Assembly (NCBI GenBank): GCA_001799695.1
Contig: MGTY01000063.1
Coordinates: 23,255 to 87,254 of the forward strand
Source: Elusimicrobia bacterium GWA2_69_24
Lineage (GTDB): Bacteria; Elusimicrobiota; Elusimicrobia; UBA1565
Direction of reading: 5' to 3'
Length of the DNA stretch: 64,000 bases
Notes under the pieces: model-generated
Told to the model about the DNA's origin: nothing
Database searches by the model: none
The model's input: only the letters and a program-made list of their open reading frames with translations
Shown: positions 19,298 to 27,402 of the stretch, one piece after another
How positions within the stretch are numbered: the first letter of the stretch is position 1
Layout: each line of letters opens with the position of its first letter
Program-made: the position numbers and the translations under genes

Positions 19298-20904
19298 AGC
19301 GAATACTTCCAGTTGCGGGCCGGTATGCGCGAGCGCACCGACGCGCCCCCCACCTGGAGCTTCCGGTCCCCGCGCTCGGCCCAGAGCCGCAGGGTCCGCG
19401 CGAACAGCGCGGTGAAGGATGCCATGCAGCGGTCCTCCGCGCGCCGGCCCACTCCCCCGAAGACCCCGCCGACGAGCCGCAGGAGCGCGGCCGAGCCGGG
19501 CTCCGGAGCCCCGGCTTCGGAGACCAGCTGCAGGCCGACCCGTCCCGACTCCCGGAGATAGCGCTGGCCCGGACGCACGCGTTCCAAACGCAGGATGCGG
19601 CGTTCGCCGTCGATGGAGACCGGGACCTCGAATTCGCAGGTGTGGGAGAAATCGAGCCCCGCGGGCCGCGGAACCCCCGCTCCGCTCTGGCAGAGGCAGA
19701 CTCCCTCGGAAAACGGGGCGGCCCGCGTCCCGTTCCGGGCGCGCAGCGCGCGCTCCCAGAACGCCAGGCAGTCCGCTCCCATCTCATGGCCCCGATAGCC
19801 CGCAGGCCCTTCCTCCCAATAGAAGAGCCGGCCCGCGATGCGCGAGCGCGCGGCTGGACCGAGGGCGAGGACCGAGTGCGGGCTCAGCGGGAGCCGCGGG
19901 TCATCTTCGTCTTCGCGACCGTAGTAATGGGCGGTCGGGCGCGCGCCGGGGGACTCCACCGAGAAGCACCAGTCCGAGTCTGTCGCCATCGGGCGGGCGA
20001 CCCCCAGCAGAGGACGGAAGCGATAGCCCCGGGCCGCCGCGAACGGCGGAAGCCGGCGCGCCAGCCCCTCGAACAGGCCCAAGAGACGCCGCTCCAGCCG
20101 GGCGGCCCCTCCGGGCGGCAAGCCTTCGAGATAGGGCGCGGTGGGACGGAACAAGTTGACCTGGATCTGGGCGGGCGCGAACCGGGCGGCGGCCGCGAAG
20201 GAATCGCATAGGTCGCGGGGACCCTGCCCGGCCAGGCCGGCCAGCAGGTCGATGTTGAACCCGTCGGGGAAGCCCGCCGCGCGCACGGCCGCCACGGCCC
20301 GGGCCACCAGAGCCCGGTCCTGGTAGCCGCGGTCCACGCTGCGCAGCAAAGACGGGTCGAAGGTCTGGACCCCCATGCTGGCCCGGGTGAAGCCGAGCTC
20401 CCGGGCCAAGCGGAGCTTGCGCGCCGAGGCGCCGCGGGGATTGAGCTCGAAGGTCGCCACCGCGTCCCGGGAGAGCCGGAACGAGGAGTGGAAAGCCTCC
20501 ATGAGCCTCGCCAGCTGGCGCTCCGAGAGCAGGGTCGGGGTGCCGCCGCCCAGCGCCATGCTGTGCACTTCGAGGCCGCGGAGCGCGTCCCCCGCGCGGC
20601 GCAGCCGGGCCGTCAATCCCACCAGGTAGGCGTCGACCTGCGCCGCCGACCTCATGCGCTCGCGCTGGATGTCGCAATACCGGCACAGGCTGCGGCAGAA
20701 AGGGAGATGCAGGTAGACGTTGAGCCGCGCGCCCCGGGGATCGCGGCGCAGGCGCTCGGCGTGGCTCCGCCACACGCTCAGGACCTCGCCCTCGCCGAAA
20801 CCGCGGACGGGCAGGAGATGCAGGAACAGCCCGAACGCCTCCTCCAGGTCGAGCCGGTCCCCGGCGCAGTCGCGATACAGCTCCCCCGGCGCGGTCTTCC
20901 TCAT
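19294..20904 (-). CDS. HemN-like radical SAM protein (rSAM5)
   Basis: VYLHLPFCRSLCRYC, GGGTPT, ELNP, RASMGVQTF and NIDLLAGL motifs; ATGA overlaps at both ends. Confidence 0.85.
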   Translation of the reverse strand: MRKTAPGELYRDCAGDRLDLEEAFGLFLHLLPVRGFGEGEVLSVWRSHAERLRRDPRGARLNVYLHLPFCRSLCRYCDIQRERMRSAAQVDAYLVGLTARLRRAGDALRGLEVHSMALGGGTPTLLSERQLARLMEAFHSSFRLSRDAVATFELNPRGASARKLRLARELGFTRASMGVQTFDPSLLRSVDRGYQDRALVARAVAAVRAAGFPDGFNIDLLAGLAGQGPRDLCDSFAAAARFAPAQIQVNLFRPTAPYLEGLPPGGAARLERRLLGLFEGLARRLPPFAAARGYRFRPLLGVARPMATDSDWCFSVESPGARPTAHYYGREDEDDPRLPLSPHSVLALGPAARSRIAGRLFYWEEGPAGYRGHEMGADCLAFWERALRARNGTRAAPFSEGVCLCQSGAGVPRPAGLDFSHTCEFEVPVSIDGERRILRLERVRPGQRYLRESGRVGLQLVSEAGAPEPGSAALLRLVGGVFGGVGRRAEDRCMASFTALFARTLRLWAERGDRKLQVGGASVRSRIPARNWKYSL

Positions 20905-23000
20905 GGGGCCGACCCTTCCAGCCGGGACCAGGTCGCGCTCCCGGAGCCGAACGCCCGGCGGGGGGGGTCCGGCCGCCAGCCCCCTTTCCGGAGGTCCGCC
21001 ATGACGGCCGAGACCGGGCGGCCGCGGAAATCGTCGAGGATCGTGAGACGGGCCCCGGGCCGGCAGCGCCGCCGCAGTCCGGCGAGCCAGGCCCCGGCAT
21101 CCCCCGGCAAGCCGCTCAGGGCGTTCGCGAAGACGACCCGCCGGTAGCCCCCGCCCCAATCCGCCGGCCGCGGCAGGGGAGCACGCCTCCCCATGCGGAG
21201 TATCCCGCGCACGGGGAGCGGGGAGCCCAGCACGTGACGCGTGTCGTGGGGGTCTTCGGACAGGAGCACCAACCCCGCCACCCCCTCCAGGCCGGCCTGC
21301 AGGTGGGAATCCCGGGCCCAGCAGAAAAGGAGGGTGGGTCCGCCGCCCGCTCCCCGCAGACTGCGGGCCAAGGCGGGGTTCCGGCAGACGCCGGTGAAGA
21401 GCGCGCGGTTCACCGCGGCCTCCAGGACGCGCGCGGGCTCCCCGGCGGAGCCGAAGCGGGACGCGGCCCAGCGCGCGGCGCCGCGCAGGATGGCCAGCCG
21501 GTCGCGCAGGGACACGCGGCGGGCGGGCCATTCCTGGAAAGGCAGGAGTTCGTTGGGCGGACGCGAGGACTCGATCGTCTCGAACAGCCGGCGCGGGGAG
21601 AAGTCGCCCTCCGTTTCGAGCCAGTCCGCCAGCTCCGAGCACAGGCGCGTGACCGAGCCCTCCTTCCGGGCCTCCGCCGCCTCATCCAGGACCAGCCGGA
21701 CCGGCCCCAGCCCCAGGAGGAAGACCGCGTCGAAGAGGAGCCTCCGGGCCGCGCGGATGTCGGCCGCGGAGAAGCCGTCGGTGGAGGTCACGAGGTAGGG
21801 AGGCTCCTTCTGCCAGCGCAAGCCGTGCCGCCCACAGTCCCGGGCGAAGGGCGTGCCGGGCAGGACCATGAGGTGATAGACCTCGCAGGTGTCGACGCCC
21901 TGGGACCAGACCCAATCGAGACTGCGGCGGAAACCCGCCAACGTGTCTCCCGGCAGGCCGAGCACCAGCTGGGTCTTGATGCGCGCGCTGGGGGCTTCCC
22001 GCCGCAGCAGGCGCAAGCCGCGCGCGGCCTTCCCGAGGTCGAAGCGGCGGTTGCAGGGGAAGAAGGCGGCCGGGTTGGCGGACTGGAGCGCCGCCTTGAA
22101 CGAGAAGGCCGGGCGGTCCGCCAGCCGCGCCCCGACCCGGTCGATGTGCTCCGGGTTGGTCTCGAATTCGAAGCCGAGCCTGCCTGCGGGGTCCTCGCGC
22201 CGGATGAGCCGCAGAAGCCGGGCCCCGGCGGCGCGGTCCTGGAAGATGTCGGCGTCGGCGACCAGGACCTTCTTCGCCCCGGTCCGCAGCAGCAACCGGA
22301 TGTCGGCGCGGATGCGCGCCGGGGAGAATCGCCGGACCCGCGAACCCTTCCCGGGCCAGGCGCAGAACGCGCAGTCGAAAGGGCAGCCGCGCGCGGTCTC
22401 GAGCACGGTCCATTCCCGCCGCCCCGCGCCCGTCAGGCCGCAGGGAGAGGGCAGGCGGTCCAGGTCGCGCAGCGGAGGGCGCGGCGGATTGACGACCGCG
22501 CGGCCCCGCGAGCGGAAGGCCAGGCCCGCGACGCCCGCGAAGCCGGCGCCGCGGCCCAGGGACCGCGGCCCAGGGACCGCGGCCCGGTCGAGGAGTTCGG
22601 CGAACGTCGCCTCCCCCTCGCCGCAAACCACGAGATCCGCGCCGCGCTCCATGATCCAGGCCGCCGGGTCCGAGGACGCCTCCGGCCCGCCCACCAGGAT
22701 GAGGACCCCCGGGGCCGCGGCTCGGAGAGCGCGCACGACCCGGCGCACCTCCGCGACGTTCCAGGCGTAGCAGGAGAATCCCACGAGGTCCGGCTTCTCG
22801 GCCGCGATCCGGCCGGCCAGCGTCTTCGCGCTCGCGGACCCGACGATCCACTCCCGCAAGGACACCTCCGCGCGGCCGCGCCGCGGCTTCCGGCAGCCCT
22901 CCGCGTAGGCCTTCAGGCACGCCAGGGCCAGCCCGCCCTCGTAGTCGGCGTTCGCCGAGAGCGCGGCCAGCAGCACGCGCAGCGGCGGGCGCCGCTTCAT
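20901..23000 (-). CDS. cobalamin-dependent radical SAM protein with C-terminal methyltransferase-like domain (rSAM4)
   Basis: PDLVGFSCYAWN, GGPE, GEGE and ETARGCPFDCAFCAW; 699 aa; ATGA overlap. Confidence 0.9.
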   Translation of the reverse strand: MKRRPPLRVLLAALSANADYEGGLALACLKAYAEGCRKPRRGRAEVSLREWIVGSASAKTLAGRIAAEKPDLVGFSCYAWNVAEVRRVVRALRAAAPGVLILVGGPEASSDPAAWIMERGADLVVCGEGEATFAELLDRAAVPGPRSLGRGAGFAGVAGLAFRSRGRAVVNPPRPPLRDLDRLPSPCGLTGAGRREWTVLETARGCPFDCAFCAWPGKGSRVRRFSPARIRADIRLLLRTGAKKVLVADADIFQDRAAGARLLRLIRREDPAGRLGFEFETNPEHIDRVGARLADRPAFSFKAALQSANPAAFFPCNRRFDLGKAARGLRLLRREAPSARIKTQLVLGLPGDTLAGFRRSLDWVWSQGVDTCEVYHLMVLPGTPFARDCGRHGLRWQKEPPYLVTSTDGFSAADIRAARRLLFDAVFLLGLGPVRLVLDEAAEARKEGSVTRLCSELADWLETEGDFSPRRLFETIESSRPPNELLPFQEWPARRVSLRDRLAILRGAARWAASRFGSAGEPARVLEAAVNRALFTGVCRNPALARSLRGAGGGPTLLFCWARDSHLQAGLEGVAGLVLLSEDPHDTRHVLGSPLPVRGILRMGRRAPLPRPADWGGGYRRVVFANALSGLPGDAGAWLAGLRRRCRPGARLTILDDFRGRPVSAVMADLRKGGWRPDPPRRAFGSGSATWSRLEGSAP

Positions 23001-25228
23001 GACGCCCGGCCCCCTCCGCGGGAGGAAGACGGCGCCGCCCCGGGGACCGCGGCCCCTGGGCCGCGGCACTCCACGAGAGTCCACGGGATCCCGCCGGCGC
23101 GGGAGACCGTGCGCGGCGCGGTCCGTATCGTCCAGCCAGCCGAGAGCAGGTCCTTCCGGAGGCCGGCCAGCCGCTCCCGGCGCGTCCGCTCCGGCTCGGC
23201 CGCGACCTCCAGCGGATACCGCCCCTGCAGGGAATCCAGGATCATGAGCCGGGCTCCGGCGGGACAGGCCCGGCGCAGGACCGCGAGCCAGGGGACCGCC
23301 TCCTGCCCGGGGAGATAGCTGTAGATGTTGGCGGCCAGGATGCGGGAGTAGCCCTGTCCCCAGCGCTCCGGCCGGACCAGCGAACGGGGGCGCAGGCCCA
23401 CCCGCACCGCGTCCTTGACGAGGGGCGACCGCAGCAGTCCGGGATCGAGGTCGTGCTTGTCTTCCGAAAGCAGGACCAGGCCCTGGACGTCCCGCCGGCG
23501 TACCAGGAGTTCGCGGTCGCGCGCCCAGCACAGGAGCAGGGTCCCGCCCGGAGGCAGCGGCTCCCCCCGGTCCTGGTTGAGGAATTCCGCGATCTCCGTA
23601 CCCCGGGAAGCCGCTTCCCACCGCGCGCGCCCGGCCGCCGCGTCGAGGAAGCGGGCCGCCGCGCCCGCGAGGACCGGGTCCCGCTCCTTGAGCCGGGAGA
23701 GCGCCCAGCGGCGCGCGGCTTTCAGGGCCGCGATCCGCCGGGGGACGGGCAGCTCGTCGGTGTTCCAGTTGCCGGAAGGCAGGAACACCCCTTCCGAGCG
23801 GCCGCGGTTCCACTCCGCGAATCCCCGCTCGAACGGACGCCCCGCAGCCACGGCGTCGGTCAGCTCGCGGCAGGCCTCGGTCGGCCCCGTGCCCGCCTCG
23901 TCGAGACGGCCCTGCATGCCTTCCAGGACCGCGCGCAAGGCCCACAGGTTGAAGACGAAGGCGACCCGCTGCAGGAGCTTGCGGGCCTCCAGGAGGTCCG
24001 CCTCGGAGAAGGTAGCGGTGGCGAGGACCCAGTGGGGCGGCTCCGGATCCCAGCGCAGGCCGTGGCGGGCGGATTCGCGGTGATAGGTCGTCCCCGGCAG
24101 CACGGCCAGCCGGTAAACGTAGACCTCGTCGGCGGCCGTGCGCAGGGTCCAATCGAGGCTGCGCCGGAACCCGTCGAGCGTGTCTCCGGGCATGCCCAGC
24201 ATGAGCTCGACCCCGACGGTGCACAGCGGGGCGTGCCGCTGGAGGAGCCGGATCCCGGCCCCGAAACGCTCCACGCTGAAGACCCGGTTGGCGGCGCGCA
24301 GGGCCTCGGGCGTCGTCGATTCCAGGGCGCCCCGGAACAGGAAGCCGGAGCGGTTGCAGAGGCGGGCGAGCTCCGCGTCCATGTAGCCGTAGTTGGTCTC
24401 GAAATGGAACTGCAGGACGCCGCCCGGATCCTCCTCGTGGAACGCCTTCAGGATGGCCTTGGCCCGCGTCCGGTTCATGAATAGGTCCGCGTCCGCGACG
24501 AAGAGCCGGGTGCCCCGGGTCTGCGCCGCGATGGCGCGGATCTCGGCCCGGACCCGGGCTTCCGAGAAGTAGCGCATCCGCCCGCGAGTGCCCAGCCAGG
24601 CGCAGAACGCGCAGGAGAAGGGGCAGCCCCGCGTGGTCTCGATCACCCCCCCGTCGAAGGCGAAATCCGCGAAACGGATGATCCCCTGGAGATAGGGCGA
24701 AGGGATGGAATCGAGCTCCGCGATGGGGGGTCGCGGCGCGTTGACCGCGGCCCGGCTCCCGCCGCGGGCCGCCAGCCCGAGGATGTCCTGCGCGGGCAGT
24801 CCCGCGCAGAGGCGGCGCAGGAGCTCGGCGAAGGCGGCCTCGCCTTCGCCGAAAACGACGAAATCCGCGTCGTGGCTGGTCAGCCAGCGCCCGGGGTCCG
24901 CCGACACCTCGGGCCCGCCGAGCACGACGCGCAGCCGGGGCGAAGCCGCGCGCAGGAGAGGCACCAGTTCGCCGATGGTCCCCGCGTTCCAGAAATAGCA
25001 GGAGAAGCCCACGAGGTCCGGCTTTCCCTCCAGGATGCTCTCCGCGATCGCGGCCGCGGGGCGCGCCCCGAGCACATGCTCCTGGATGGTGATGGGACAG
25101 CGCTCGGGCCCGGACCCGGGCCGCGAACCGGCGTACGCCTTGAGGTAGCCCAGGGGCAGCATCCCGCCGTACGCGTTATCCGGGGACAATGCGACCAAGG
25201 ACGTCCGGAGGAGGCGCCCCGGCTTCAT
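22997..25228 (-). CDS. cobalamin-dependent radical SAM protein with C-terminal methyltransferase-like domain (rSAM3)
   Basis: PDLVGFSCYFWN, GGPE, GEGE and ETTRGCPFSCAFCAW; 743 aa; ATGA overlap. Confidence 0.9.
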   Translation of the reverse strand: MKPGRLLRTSLVALSPDNAYGGMLPLGYLKAYAGSRPGSGPERCPITIQEHVLGARPAAAIAESILEGKPDLVGFSCYFWNAGTIGELVPLLRAASPRLRVVLGGPEVSADPGRWLTSHDADFVVFGEGEAAFAELLRRLCAGLPAQDILGLAARGGSRAAVNAPRPPIAELDSIPSPYLQGIIRFADFAFDGGVIETTRGCPFSCAFCAWLGTRGRMRYFSEARVRAEIRAIAAQTRGTRLFVADADLFMNRTRAKAILKAFHEEDPGGVLQFHFETNYGYMDAELARLCNRSGFLFRGALESTTPEALRAANRVFSVERFGAGIRLLQRHAPLCTVGVELMLGMPGDTLDGFRRSLDWTLRTAADEVYVYRLAVLPGTTYHRESARHGLRWDPEPPHWVLATATFSEADLLEARKLLQRVAFVFNLWALRAVLEGMQGRLDEAGTGPTEACRELTDAVAAGRPFERGFAEWNRGRSEGVFLPSGNWNTDELPVPRRIAALKAARRWALSRLKERDPVLAGAAARFLDAAAGRARWEAASRGTEIAEFLNQDRGEPLPPGGTLLLCWARDRELLVRRRDVQGLVLLSEDKHDLDPGLLRSPLVKDAVRVGLRPRSLVRPERWGQGYSRILAANIYSYLPGQEAVPWLAVLRRACPAGARLMILDSLQGRYPLEVAAEPERTRRERLAGLRKDLLSAGWTIRTAPRTVSRAGGIPWTLVECRGPGAAVPGAAPSSSRGGGRAS
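23009..23069. repeat. 61-bp GC-rich dispersed intragenic repeat, copy A
   Basis: 57/61 identical to 27578-27638, translated in a different reading frame. Confidence 0.8.
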
Positions 25229-27402
25229 GCCGCCTTCCCCTCCAGCCGGTACCAGGCCACCCCGTTGGGGGACATCGACCGCTCGGGAGGGGCGACGGGC
25301 TCCCAGCCCGAGGCGGAGAGCGCCCCGCCCGCGGCCGCGGCCGCGTCCTCGGGGGAACGCGGTTCGGGACCGAGAGCGGGGTCCAGCGGGCTCCAGCCCA
25401 GCATGTCGTCGAGGATGAGCAGGCGGCAGCCGGGCGCGCAGCGGCGCCGGAGCCGCTTCAGCCAAGCGGACCGCGCCGGAGCCGGCAGGAAGGAGAAGGT
25501 CTGCGAGAACACGACGCGCGAGCAGCCCTCGCCCCATAGCTCGGAGCGCGGGTCCTTCCCGGGCTCCGTCCGGACCCGGACCACGTGCCGCAGGGGGAGC
25601 GGGGAGCCCAGGACGGGGTTGAGGTCTCGCTCCTCCTCCGTCAGGAGCACGACCCCCTGGAAATTCTCCAGCCGCACGTGGCGGTCCACGTCCCTCGCCC
25701 AGCACACCAGCAGGGCCCCCCCGCCGGACGGAGCCGCCGCCCCCTCCTTCATGAAGCGGGACAGGGCGGCGTCGAAAGCCGCCTCCCGCCAGAGCACGCG
25801 ATGCAGTGCCATGCGCAGGAAGCGCTCCATCCTCTCCCGGAGCCGGGCCGGCGCGCGCACCAGGCGCTGCCGTGCCCAACGCGCGAACCCGGAGAGGAGG
25901 GCCGCCCGCTCCCGGGGGGTGAGGACCTCCTCGGGGCGCTCGATGAAGGCCAGCCGCTCCTTGAGCATCCGCGCTTCCAGCTTCGCGTGCTCCGCTTCGA
26001 ACGGATAGACCCGGCGCGCCTCCAGCCAGCGCGCGGCGTCCTCGCAGGCGCGGACCAGGTTCCCGCGCCCCGCACCGGAGGCCGGGCGCAGGGCCAGCAG
26101 CGCGTCGCGCACCGGCCAGAGGTTCATCAGGAGCGAGGACCGGTGCACCGCCCGCCGGGCGCCGCGGAACGCCGCCGCCGGGAAGGTGGGGGTGGCCTCC
26201 ACGAGATAGGGCGCCTGCGCGGCCCAGCGCAGGCCCAGACGCCGCGCCGAACGCATGAAGGCGGTCCCGGGCAGCACCATGAGATGGAACGCGCGGCAAT
26301 AGTCGAAGCCCTGCTCCAGGACCCACTCCAGCGTCTCGCGGTAGCCCTCCGGGGTGTCCCCGGGCATGCCCAGGATCAGCTCGATGCCCACCTGGGCCTT
26401 GGGCGCGCGGCGCCGCAGCAACCGCACGCCCCGCGTGAACGCGGGCAGGTCGCAGCGCCGCCGGGCTTCCCGGAATACCGCCTTGTTGGTGGACTGCAGC
26501 CCGGCCGTGATGTTGAAGCCGCGCTTGTCCGCGAGAGCGGCGAGCTCCGCGTCGAAATGGCCGGGATTGGTCAGGAACTCGAACTGCAGGGTGTCCCGCG
26601 GGTCCTCCTCGCGGAAGATGCGCAGGATGCGCTTGGCCCGGGCGCGATCGAGGAACAGGTCGGCGTCCGCCAGGCACAAGCGGATCCCGCCGCCCTGCGC
26701 CACCGCGCCGCGCACCTCCTGCCGAACGCGCTCCTCGGGGAAATAGCGCACCTTGCCGCCTTTCCCCGGCCAGGAGCAGAAGGCGCAGTCGAACGGGCAG
26801 CCGCGCGCGGTCTCGAGCACCATGCATTCCCGGCGCTGCCGGTCGACCCGCAGGATGCCGCTCAGATACGGAGAGGGGAGCGTCTCCAGGTCCGCGGGGG
26901 GGCGCGGCGGGTTGGCGACGGGTCCGTCCGCCGCGCGATAGGCGAGCCCCGGCACGCCGGCGAGGCTGCCGCCCGTCATGGCCTTGCCCAGCAGCTCCGC
27001 GAAGGTGAGCTCGCCTTCCCCGAACACGACGGCGTCCGCCGGAAGCCGGCCCAGGGCTCCCGCCGGGTCCGGGGAGACCTCCGGACCTCCGAGCACGACC
27101 AGCGTCCCCGGGGCGCGGCGCTTGACGATGGCGGCGACCTCCCCCACCGTCTTGACGTTCGATGCGTAGCAGGTCAGGCCGACCAGCCCGGGCTCCCCGG
27201 CCAGGACCTCGGCCGCGATGGCCTCCGGCGGGGTCTGGGTCTGGACCCACTCCGAGATACCGATCTCCACGCGGTCGGAGCCCAGCCCCGGCCGGGACTG
27301 GGCGTAGGCCTTGAGCATGGCCAGGGGCAGCCGCCAGTCGAAGTCGGTGTCCGCCGAGGGGATGCCCAACAACACGCGGAAAGGGGGCTCCCGGCCCGTC
27401 AT
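25225..27402 (-). CDS. cobalamin-dependent radical SAM protein with C-terminal methyltransferase-like domain (rSAM2)
   Basis: PGLVGLTCYASN, GGPE, GEGE and ETARGCPFDCAFCSW; 725 aa; ATGA overlap. Confidence 0.9.
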   Translation of the reverse strand: MTGREPPFRVLLGIPSADTDFDWRLPLAMLKAYAQSRPGLGSDRVEIGISEWVQTQTPPEAIAAEVLAGEPGLVGLTCYASNVKTVGEVAAIVKRRAPGTLVVLGGPEVSPDPAGALGRLPADAVVFGEGELTFAELLGKAMTGGSLAGVPGLAYRAADGPVANPPRPPADLETLPSPYLSGILRVDRQRRECMVLETARGCPFDCAFCSWPGKGGKVRYFPEERVRQEVRGAVAQGGGIRLCLADADLFLDRARAKRILRIFREEDPRDTLQFEFLTNPGHFDAELAALADKRGFNITAGLQSTNKAVFREARRRCDLPAFTRGVRLLRRRAPKAQVGIELILGMPGDTPEGYRETLEWVLEQGFDYCRAFHLMVLPGTAFMRSARRLGLRWAAQAPYLVEATPTFPAAAFRGARRAVHRSSLLMNLWPVRDALLALRPASGAGRGNLVRACEDAARWLEARRVYPFEAEHAKLEARMLKERLAFIERPEEVLTPRERAALLSGFARWARQRLVRAPARLRERMERFLRMALHRVLWREAAFDAALSRFMKEGAAAPSGGGALLVCWARDVDRHVRLENFQGVVLLTEEERDLNPVLGSPLPLRHVVRVRTEPGKDPRSELWGEGCSRVVFSQTFSFLPAPARSAWLKRLRRRCAPGCRLLILDDMLGWSPLDPALGPEPRSPEDAAAAAGGALSASGWEPVAPPERSMSPNGVAWYRLEGKAA

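Noticed and set aside
19660-19740. Odd segment (APFSEGVCLCQSGAGVP) in the HemN-like gene that might be an inserted repeat
   Set aside because: No second copy found in the window and no ortholog to compare.
19294-20904. Calling the HemN-like gene a true coproporphyrinogen oxidase (hemN)
   Set aside because: It is embedded in the radical SAM array, has a divergent C-terminus and has no heme genes nearby.
22997-27250. 1417-aa ORF (and similar 1107-, 784- and 782-aa ORFs) suggesting giant fused radical SAM proteins
   Set aside because: The N-terminal parts are Arg/Gly/Pro-rich out-of-frame readings of the upstream gene; real starts sit at the ATGA overlaps.
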